A stretch of DNA of 64,000 nt from Pseudomonadota bacterium. Its GTDB lineage: Bacteria; Verrucomicrobiota; Verrucomicrobiia; Limisphaerales; SXTU01. The position numbers and the translations under genes are program-made. This document shows positions 18,621-26,183 of this stretch, piece by piece. The stretch's first letter is position 1; every line of letters starts with the position of its first letter. The notes beneath the pieces were generated by a model. That model was given only the letters and a program-made list of their open reading frames with translations, did not search any database and was not told where the DNA came from. The DNA lies in NCBI GenBank assembly GCA_009924135.1, contig RFSE01000001.1, positions 4,518 to 68,517 of the forward strand, given 5' to 3'.

Positions 18621-20027
18621 TCAGTTCGGAGCAAAGGCGAACGAGAAGACCGTGGCCTTCTGGATTTCCAACTGCACGCGCACCGATTGGTTCAGCACCG
18701 CGGTGGCATCAGCGGCAGCCCCGTCGGTCGTCGTGGCAGTGAGCCTAGGCCCGTCCACGAGCACCTTGCCTGCGGCGTCGATCAAACTGGCCTTCACCCA
18801 GCCGCCTGGTGTCACGTCGGCGGTGATGCGCAAGGCCTTGCCGTTGGCCTTCAACGCTTGGGTGATGACGATGGCCGGGCGCGTTTCAACCGTGGGCGTG
18901 TAGCCGGCGAATCCGTCCGGACGCAGCGTGGCCAGCGCGAGGAAGCCGTCGCGCCAGTCCGTGTGCGGGCCGTTGGACGCGCCGTAGTAAAGCCGGATGC
19001 CGTCCTTCAGAACGACCGGAACGGCGGCGGGATAGACGCAGCCCCAGTCATACGCGCCCGGCTGATTCGCCGCGGGGATGAGCGCCTTGCCTGGTAGGAT
19101 GCGATGCCATGTGACGGTGTCGGGGCTCCACGCGAGTTCGCAGTGCGTGCGGTCGGTCTTCGTGTTGAACATGGCGAGCAGACCCAGATACACGCCCGCG
19201 TGGCGGAACACCGGCATGGCGTAAGTCTGGTTCTCCCGGTCGCCGCGCAACACCTCGACGGCCTTGGTCCAGTGGATGAAATCAGGACTCTCCGTGCGGC
19301 CAACCAGTCGCTGATCCGTCTTCAACCGCGTGATGCCGACGTACTTACCCAGCTCGGGCGACCAGAAGGCGTTGTTGTGCGTGTCGCCGGGCACGTTGAT
19401 TTCCGGGCACAAGATGGGTTCGCTCCACTTTAGCCCATCTGGCGAGAAGGCCACGGACATCTTCCGAACGGACTCCGAGGTGCGGGAGAAAAGCTTGAAG
19501 CGACGGGCGGGGTCAGGGTCCTGGGCGTCGCGAAAAATGCCGGATCCATGCGGGCGCCGGGCCACGAGATTGTTGGCCTTGCTGCCGTTGAACTCGATCA
19601 GTCCCAACGCCGGCTTTTCCCACATCAAGCCGTCGCGCGAGGTCGCGTAACACAGGCCCATTTCGCGGTCATGTGGCTTGTAGTGGGACGTGGCGCGTTG
19701 CGCTGGCGGGGTTTCGTTGACGGACGGGTCCACGATGAACGGGCTGTACCAGCAGCGGTAGAGTTGCGCGGACTCATCGAAGGCGAGGTTGGCGTAGAGG
19801 TTGTCAAAGCGGACCTCCCAGGGCTGGTCCTCCTTGAAGAGCGGGTTTTGTGGATGCTTGGTGACGGTGCCGAGGCGCAGTTCGGCGTTTTCGGTGCGCT
19901 CGATTACGCGACTGTCGAGCAACAGGTAACGATCCCGGACGGCCAGTGCGGTGGCGTCGGCGGCTGAAATGAGGGCGATACTGAAATGAAAGGCTCCGAA
20001 TAAGCAGAGCAGACGGACGTTGGACAT
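18621..20027 (-). CDS. secreted glycoside hydrolase, five-bladed beta-propeller type (GH43/GH32-clan-like)
   Basis: Start chosen at the ATG at 20027 ([25 protein letters not shown] signal). The longer ORF to 20396 reads through a repeat element. Propeller-like repeats include [20 protein letters not shown] and SPDTVTWHR. Confidence 0.6.
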   Translation of the reverse strand: MSNVRLLCLFGAFHFSIALISAADATALAVRDRYLLLDSRVIERTENAELRLGTVTKHPQNPLFKEDQPWEVRFDNLYANLAFDESAQLYRCWYSPFIVDPSVNETPPAQRATSHYKPHDREMGLCYATSRDGLMWEKPALGLIEFNGSKANNLVARRPHGSGIFRDAQDPDPARRFKLFSRTSESVRKMSVAFSPDGLKWSEPILCPEINVPGDTHNNAFWSPELGKYVGITRLKTDQRLVGRTESPDFIHWTKAVEVLRGDRENQTYAMPVFRHAGVYLGLLAMFNTKTDRTHCELAWSPDTVTWHRILPGKALIPAANQPGAYDWGCVYPAAVPVVLKDGIRLYYGASNGPHTDWRDGFLALATLRPDGFAGYTPTVETRPAIVITQALKANGKALRITADVTPGGWVKASLIDAAGKVLVDGPRLTATTTDGAAADATAVLNQSVRVQLEIQKATVFSFAFAPN

Positions 20028-20069
20028 GGCCAGCGTGCGACGGGCCGGCCAGGCCGGGCATTCAGTCGG

Positions 20070-20261
20070 GCGCATCTTGACGCTGCTCCCGAGGAACGAA
20101 AACTTCCGGAGCGCGGCTGTGTCGCGGAGACCAGCCGCTGCGGCTGCGCTTGGCAGGAGGCGTTGCGACGTTTCGTCCCCGGTCAGCAGTCTGACTTTGC
20201 TGCGGCTGATCCCGCTCCGAGCGGGACACAGCCGCGCTCCGGGGGCAGTGGCAAGATGCGC
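20070..20261. mobile_element. ~192-bp palindromic MITE-like element, family A, copy 2, flanked by a 12-bp direct repeat
   Basis: Inverted termini CGGAGCGCGGCTGTGTC (20107-20123) and GACACAGCCGCGCTCCG (20225-20241). Outer inverted repeat GCGCATCTTG (20070-20079) and CAAGATGCGC (20252-20261). Perfect direct repeat CATTCAGTCGGG at 20059-20070 and 20264-20275. Confidence 0.75.
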
Positions 20262-20337
20262 CCCATTCAGTCGGGCCGATAATTCTCCGCTCGCCCAATC
20301 TGACTGGCTGGGCTTCACTCCCGCCGACCGCATCACC

Positions 20338-21147
20338 ATGAACACTGCCACGACCGTCCCCTCGGAACCGCACGCCGTGCGCGCCGAAGTCCGCAAGGCC
20401 TATGCCGCTGTCGCCGCCCGGGCGGCCAACTGCGGACCAGGGGCTGCGTCCACCTGTTGCGGCGGCGGTGGACCACCTGCCATCGGGGCGGAGAAGCTTG
20501 GTTACAACGCGGACGAAATCGCCGCCGCGCCCGAAGGGGCGGACCTCGGCCTTGGTTGCGGCAACCCCCACGCCATCGCGGCGCTGAAGCCGGGCGAGAC
20601 CGTGCTGGACCTCGGCAGTGGTGCGGGCTTCGACTGTTTCCTTGCCGCGCGCGCCGTCGGCCCGACCGGCCGGGTCATCGGCGTGGACATGACCATGGCA
20701 ATGGTGCTCAAAGCCCGTGAGAACGCCACGAAGACCGGCGTCCGGCACGTTGAGTTCCGCCTCGGTGAAATCGAATCGCTGCCCGTGGATTCCAACTCCG
20801 TGGACGTGATCCTCTCCAACTGCGTGATCAACCTTTCGCCCGACAAACCGCGCGCCTTCCGCGACGCCTTTCGCGTGCTGCGTTCTGGTGGCCGGCTGGC
20901 CATTGCTGACACCGTCCGCACCGCTGATTTGCCGGCGGACATCATGGCGGATCTCGCGGCGCACTGCGGCTGTGTGGCGGGAGCCGCTTCGATCGAGGAA
21001 CTGCAAACGATGCTGAGTGAGGCGGGTTTCGCGGACATCCGCATCACGCCGATGGATGCGAGCCGCGAGTTCATCCACGGCTGGCTCCCGGGCAAGAACC
21101 CCGGTGATTACGTGCTCTCTGCGAGCATTGAAGCGGTGAAGCGGTAG
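20338..21147 (+). CDS. arsM: arsenite S-adenosylmethionine methyltransferase-like protein
   Basis: N-terminal Cys pair (STCCGGGG), GLGCGNP, SAM motif [22 protein letters not shown] and CGCVAGA match the conserved ArsM cysteine pattern. The ATG at 20338 is chosen because the upstream part of the ORF is repeat-derived. Confidence 0.75.
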   Translation: MNTATTVPSEPHAVRAEVRKAYAAVAARAANCGPGAASTCCGGGGPPAIGAEKLGYNADEIAAAPEGADLGLGCGNPHAIAALKPGETVLDLGSGAGFDCFLAARAVGPTGRVIGVDMTMAMVLKARENATKTGVRHVEFRLGEIESLPVDSNSVDVILSNCVINLSPDKPRAFRDAFRVLRSGGRLAIADTVRTADLPADIMADLAAHCGCVAGAASIEELQTMLSEAGFADIRITPMDASREFIHGWLPGKNPGDYVLSASIEAVKR

Positions 21148-21162
21148 GCCCTTCGCTACGCC

Positions 21163-21873
21163 ATGAGCGCCGTGCAGCGGAACGACGTGATCACGCTCGT
21201 GCTCCTTCCGGGTTTGGATGGGACGGAGATTTTCTTCGGACCGTTGCTGCGCCATCTCCCGGCGTGGATTCGCCCGGTCGTGATCCAGTATCCAACCACG
21301 GGGGCCAATGACTATCGTCACTTGGTGGAGGTCGTGCGTGAGCAGGTGGCGTCTCTGGGTCGCTTCGCCGTGTTCGGCTGGTCCTTCGGCGGGCCGCTGG
21401 CGCTCATGCTCGCCAGCGAGCGGCCGGCGGATGTGACCTCCGTCGTGCTCTGCGGCAGCTTCGTCACCCCGCCAAAGCCCCGGCTGGTGCCATTCAGATT
21501 TGCGCTCCGGGGACCGGTGATCGCCACCGTGCGGGCGCTACGCCGCACCCGGCTGCTGCTGCCGGGCTACGCAACCACCGAACTGCGCCGCGCGAAGGCG
21601 AGTACGTGGAAACGCATTGATGCGCACGTGCTGGCCGCGCGCGCGCGGGCCGCCCTGGGCGTGGATGCCCGGCCGCATCTCCGCGAATGCCGCGCCCGGC
21701 TGATGTATCTGGCTTCCACGCGCGACGAGGTCATCCGCCGCCACTGTCTCGAAGAAATCGTCGGCCTCGCCCCGCAGACCCAGGTGGCCGAAGTGGAAGG
21801 TCCGCATCTCGCGCTCTTTACGAATCCCGAACCTTCGGCGGCGCATCTGGTGCGATTTCTGCGGGAAGGGTGA
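21163..21873 (+). CDS. alpha/beta hydrolase
   Basis: LVLLPGLDGTEIFF oxyanion region, nucleophile elbow GWSFGG, and candidate Asp (STRDEV) and His (GPHLALF). Confidence 0.65.
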   Translation: MSAVQRNDVITLVLLPGLDGTEIFFGPLLRHLPAWIRPVVIQYPTTGANDYRHLVEVVREQVASLGRFAVFGWSFGGPLALMLASERPADVTSVVLCGSFVTPPKPRLVPFRFALRGPVIATVRALRRTRLLLPGYATTELRRAKASTWKRIDAHVLAARARAALGVDARPHLRECRARLMYLASTRDEVIRRHCLEEIVGLAPQTQVAEVEGPHLALFTNPEPSAAHLVRFLREG

Positions 21874-22166
21874 TTTGCTTTGGACCGCGTCTTTCCTCTC
21901 TCAGCAAGCTAGGCCGGGTGCGAATTCATGGAACAAAAATTCGCGCTTTGAACTCCCGAACCATGGTGCGCTAGGACATTCGCCGCCGCTCGTTCTCAGA
22001 CTGTTTTTCAGCTGCATTGGTGAAAAAAATGTCGTCAGAAAAATTTCATCTCAGGTTCTTCTCCGTCTTTCTGATCCCATCTTTCTGACCATCTTCGGTT
22101 CATGGGGTGGGAGAATGGCTGCGTGGGCGTTGGGGTTGGCGTCTTTCAGCGGTGTTCCAGGGAAAC

Positions 22167-22197
22167 GAGCGCGGCTGTGTCGCAGGCCAGCCGCAGC
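22167..22197. repeat. solo half-copy of family A element
   Basis: GAGCGCGGCTGTGTCGCAGGCCAGCCGCAGC matches the left arm of the elements at 11412 and 20107. No matching right arm is nearby. Confidence 0.6.
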
Positions 22198-22384
22198 GTT
22201 TGCGAAGCTCGTGGCTTGCTGTTAAGGCTGGCAGTTGAATTGGGAGCAGGGGAATTTGGGCTGGGAATTCATTTGTCCGCAATTCTCCTGCCAAATTTGG
22301 TGACCCGGTGACTCGGACAGTTCGTTTTGGAGCAATGACCATTAACGCGCCGGGCCGGAGACCGGCGTTCCGCGAAGCCGAATC

Positions 22385-22970
22385 TTACCGCAGCAGGCCG
22401 TTGTTGGCTTTCAACCACCGTTCGGCTTCCTCCCAGCGTGGGAAGGCCTCCGCGACGTGCTGCCAGTAGCGCGCCGAGTGGTTCATCTCGCGGCGGTGCA
22501 TCAACTCATGCACGCAGATGTAGTCGCGGACGTAGTCGGGCGTCTGGATGAGCCGCCAGTTCAAGGAAATGGTCCCGGAACGCGAGCAACTGCCCCAGCG
22601 CGAGCGCTGGTTCCGCACGCTGACGCGCTGGACGGTGACATGGAGTGACGCGGCCAGTTCGAGCAGGCGGGGCGGCAGCTCGGTTGCGGCAAGTTGCCAG
22701 AGATGGCGTTCGACGGCGGGGCGGAGGTTGGTCGTGGGGTGGCGGAGCAAGACGCTTTGGTCGGCGACATTCACGAGCTTCCGCGCGATTGCCGAAGCGC
22801 GGCACGGTCACGCGCGCCACGCGTTCGGGGGTGAGACGCAGGATGTAGCGCCGGGCCTTGGGGTTGCGGACGAATTCGACGGGCAGGTCGGTCTCCCCCA
22901 CGCGCAACGTCTCTGCCGGGACGGTCGGGCGCACGCGGTCCAGGAGGCGGCTGAAAAGGTCGAGCTGCAC
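22385..22970 (-). pseudogene. YgjP-like (DUF45/M48-type) metallohydrolase split by a frameshift
   Basis: The N-terminal part lies in ORF 22506..22970 (MQLDLF...RRYILRLTPERVARVTVPRFG). The C-terminal part lies in ORF 22385..22774 and carries HELMHRREMNH. The frames switch by +1 between about 22775 and 22807. Confidence 0.6.
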
Positions 22971-22990
22971 GCGCGGGGCGGCGGGGAGGA

Positions 22991-23422
22991 TTACGCAGCG
23001 GTCGCGGGCACGAGCTGCCGGGCGAGCGTGGCGACAGCGGCGGGCGGGACTTCGCCCTTGCGCTGGAAATGCTGGGCGAGCGTGCTCACCAGGATACGCT
23101 CGCTCTCACTGAGCGGTTTGGCGCTGAGGACGATTACCGGGACGTTCTGCCAGTTGGTCCGGCGGCGCAATTGTGTGAGAAACTGAAAGCCATCCATGCC
23201 GGCCATCATCAGGTCCAGCACGATAATGTTGGGCTGGTGGTTGTCCAGCAGCAGCAGGGCATGGCCGCCGTTTTCGGATTCGACCACCTTGAACTTATGC
23301 AGTTCCAGGGCGCGGCGGTAGATCTGGCGGATGACTGGATTATCGTCCACGAGCAGCGCGACGCCGTCGGTGGCCGGGCTGGTCGCGGCGGGCTGATCAC
23401 TGCGGTTGTTCGTCAGGGCCAT
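22991..23422 (-). CDS. stand-alone response regulator receiver (CheY-like)
   Basis: VALLVDDNPVIRQ..., phospho-acceptor region IIVLDLMMAGMDG and PVIVLSAK. There is no output domain. Confidence 0.85.
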   Translation of the reverse strand: MALTNNRSDQPAATSPATDGVALLVDDNPVIRQIYRRALELHKFKVVESENGGHALLLLDNHQPNIIVLDLMMAGMDGFQFLTQLRRRTNWQNVPVIVLSAKPLSESERILVSTLAQHFQRKGEVPPAAVATLARQLVPATAA

Positions 23423-23541
23423 GCGCGATGCTGTACGCCGGACGGGGAGGAATGCAAGCCGGGAGAGAATTCAACTGCGGCGAAGGCCTGCTTTGAACCC
23501 AGCCCCGTCGAGCCAGTGCCTTGGGCAGGCTTACGGAAGGT

Positions 23542-23805
23542 ATTCCCGCAGATTCAAGACGACCTTAGCCGAACCCATGCAGTCGAAATCGCAGATTGGA
23601 CCACAGAGACACGATGAACACAGAGAAAAGCCAAGAGATGTGTTCCTCTGCATCTGTCTTTTTTCAATGAGCCAATACTGGGCGGCGAATGCCTTTGCCT
23701 TCTCTGTGTTCATCGTGTCTCTGTGGTCCCTGCTTCCGATTCCCTGGGCATGGGTTCGGCTTGGTTGGGAATTCCAATCTGTGGTCATCTTGAATCTGCG
23801 GGAAT
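23542..23805. repeat. 264-bp nested imperfect palindrome (family B core arms)
   Basis: Three matching arm segments. ATTCCCGCAGATTCAAGACGACC (23542-23564) pairs with GGTCATCTTGAATCTGCGGGAAT (23783-23805), with 1 mismatch. GCCGAACCCATGC (23569-23581) pairs with GCATGGGTTCGGC (23748-23760). A perfect 30-bp core GGACCACAGAGACACGATGAACACAGAGAA (23598-23627) pairs with its reverse complement at 23700-23729. Confidence 0.85.
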
Positions 23806-23874
23806 TTCAACGAACAGTTTTCCACCCCACATTGTGCGCTCGCCAAGTGGCGAAAGCTCTGCGATACACCCCGC

Positions 23875-26022
23875 ATGAAGCTGTTGTCCATCTCGCTGAC
23901 ACTTTCACTGGCACTGGTCTCCGTCCCGGCGGCGGAGAAAAAAGCCGCCGACGCCAAGGCCCCGGCCAAGAAGGCCCCACCGGCCGATCTCCAGCCCAAT
24001 CCCCGGAAGCTCAACCCGCCGCCCGGCGTGGTCGTGCCGGCCGCGGTTAAAGCGGAACTCGCCGCCGGGGTGGACGCGCTGGGCAAGGATATTGAAGGTT
24101 TGCGCGCGTCGCTGAAGGACAAGCCCCAATTGCTCGCGCTGTTGCCGGACGTGCAGATTTATCACAACGCCGTCCGCTACGCGCTGGAGGACGACATCTT
24201 CACGAGTACGAACCAGTTCAAGTCCGCGCGGGCCTTGTTGGTGCTGGGTTCCGAGCGGGCGAAGCAACTGGCCGCCGGCAACGCTCCGTGGAACACCAAG
24301 GCCGGCCTGCTCGCGCTCAAGACCCAGGCGGAGACCGCTGCCGCCGAGGCCGCTGCAAAGAAGAAGACCACGCCGGTGCCGGTCACGCACATTGCGGTGG
24401 TGCGCGGGTATGTGTCGAAGGTGGATGGCTCGGTGCAGCCCTACGGATTGAAGGTGCCGGTGAGGTACCTGACCGGCGATGACAAGCCACGCCGGCTCGA
24501 TTTCTGGCTGCACGGACGCGGTGACACCTTGAACGAGATTGCCTTCATCGATGGGCAGCAGCGCGGTAACAGCACCTTCATGCCCGAGGACACGTTCGTG
24601 CTGGACCCGTACGGTCGGTTCATGAACGCCTTCAAGTTCGCCGGCGAGACGGATGTGTTCGAGGGACTGGACCACGCGGCGAAGCATTACCCGGTTGACC
24701 GCAACAAGATTTGCATGCGCGGCTTCTCGATGGGCGGCGCGGGCGCGTGGCACCTCGGAGCGCATCATGCGGACCAGTTCGCGTCGGTGAGTCCCGGTGC
24801 GGGCTTTGTGGACTTGAAGAACTACCAGAAGCTGGGGGACAAGCTCGACACGATCCCATGGTGGGAGCAGAAGCTGTGGAATTTTTACGACCCGCTGGCG
24901 TGCCCGATTAACTTCGTGAACACCACGCTCATCGCCTACAGCGGCGAGGTGGATGCGCAGAAGGCCGCCGCTGATCTCATGGAGGCTGCACTGCTCAAGG
25001 AAGGCGTGAAGATGACCCACATCATCGGGCCGAAGACCGGCCACGCCTATGAGCCGGAAGCGAAGAAAATCGTGGCCAAGCTGGTGGACGAGGCGACGAA
25101 CAAGGGCATTGATCACCAGCCGAAGAAGGTCACGCTGGTGACGCATTCGCTAAAGTTTAACAAGGCACATTGGGTGACGATTGATGCGCTGGAAAAGCAG
25201 TGGGAAGAGGCGCGTGTGGATGCCGAACTCAATGGCAACACCGTAACCGCAAAAACAAAGGGAGTTTCGCTCATCACCTTCACATTTCCTCCTCAAATTC
25301 CGCAACCCACTTGGGTTAGAAAGTTTGAGTTCAGACTCGATGGACAGGTATTGTCGAATTTGTTGCGGCGAGACAAAACTGGAGACGTAGTCCAGTTTCA
25401 AAAAGTCGGGGGCAAATGGGAGGGTCTTCGGTGGAACGAGGTGACAACTGCTCGCCCGCTCGCCAAACAGCACGGTCTCCAAGGCCCCATCGACGACGCC
25501 TTCATGGACTCGTTCGTAATGGTGCGGCCCACCGGCCAGCCGTTGAACGCCGCCGTCGGGCAATGGACGAAGTCCGAGCTGGCCGAGGCTACTTTCCACT
25601 GGCGGCGCTACTTCCGGGGCGAGGCCCGCGTGAAGGACGATTCCGCCATCTCGGACGCTGACATCATGAGCAGCAACCTCGTCCTCTGGGGCGATCCCGC
25701 CAGCAACAAGCTCCTTGCCCGCATCGCCGATAAGCTGCCGATCCACTGGAGCGCGAAGGAAATCAAGGTCGGCACCAAGACTTACGATGCGACGAAGCAT
25801 GTGCCAGCATTCATCTTCCCCAATCCGCTGAACCCGTCGCGCTACGTGGTCATCAACTCCGGCTTCACCTTCCCCCAATACGCCGGGGCCTCGAACTCAC
25901 AGCAGACGCCCAAGCTCCCTGACTGGGCCGTGCTGGACATGAGCGTGCCGCTCGCCGACCGCGTCCTCGGCAAGGGCGTCGTTGCCGCCGACTTCTTCGG
26001 CGAGAAATGGGAAGTGAAGTGA
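23875..26022 (+). CDS. secreted alpha/beta-hydrolase (S9 prolyl-oligopeptidase/esterase-like)
   Basis: Signal peptide MKLLSISLTLSLALVSVPAA. Nucleophile elbow GFSMGGAGAW within CMRGFSMGGAGAWHLGAHHADQF. 715 aa. Confidence 0.65.
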   Translation: MKLLSISLTLSLALVSVPAAEKKAADAKAPAKKAPPADLQPNPRKLNPPPGVVVPAAVKAELAAGVDALGKDIEGLRASLKDKPQLLALLPDVQIYHNAVRYALEDDIFTSTNQFKSARALLVLGSERAKQLAAGNAPWNTKAGLLALKTQAETAAAEAAAKKKTTPVPVTHIAVVRGYVSKVDGSVQPYGLKVPVRYLTGDDKPRRLDFWLHGRGDTLNEIAFIDGQQRGNSTFMPEDTFVLDPYGRFMNAFKFAGETDVFEGLDHAAKHYPVDRNKICMRGFSMGGAGAWHLGAHHADQFASVSPGAGFVDLKNYQKLGDKLDTIPWWEQKLWNFYDPLACPINFVNTTLIAYSGEVDAQKAAADLMEAALLKEGVKMTHIIGPKTGHAYEPEAKKIVAKLVDEATNKGIDHQPKKVTLVTHSLKFNKAHWVTIDALEKQWEEARVDAELNGNTVTAKTKGVSLITFTFPPQIPQPTWVRKFEFRLDGQVLSNLLRRDKTGDVVQFQKVGGKWEGLRWNEVTTARPLAKQHGLQGPIDDAFMDSFVMVRPTGQPLNAAVGQWTKSELAEATFHWRRYFRGEARVKDDSAISDADIMSSNLVLWGDPASNKLLARIADKLPIHWSAKEIKVGTKTYDATKHVPAFIFPNPLNPSRYVVINSGFTFPQYAGASNSQQTPKLPDWAVLDMSVPLADRVLGKGVVAADFFGEKWEVK

Positions 26023-26055
26023 ATGCGGAATGCGGAGTGCGGAGTGCGGAATGGA
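26021..26055. repeat. heptanucleotide tandem repeat (GARTGCG)x5
   Basis: GAATGCG GAATGCG GAGTGCG GAGTGCG GAATGGA, beginning inside the stop codon of the upstream gene. Confidence 0.85.
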
Positions 26056-26183
26056 GTGTCCTGCATTCGCCAGGTTCTGGACTACGCCAGTTCTTTGGCG
26101 CTTTATCGTCGTGGTCAAAAGCGGCGGAGGACCGCCGTACTCCGGGACGCTCTCGCGACTTCGTTTCACGCTTTGTCTCATCT

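Noticed and set aside
21875-22225. 116-aa ORF in the AT-richer gap after the alpha/beta hydrolase
   Set aside because: It has no start context, low-complexity composition and an overlap with repeat fragments. Nothing supports it as coding.
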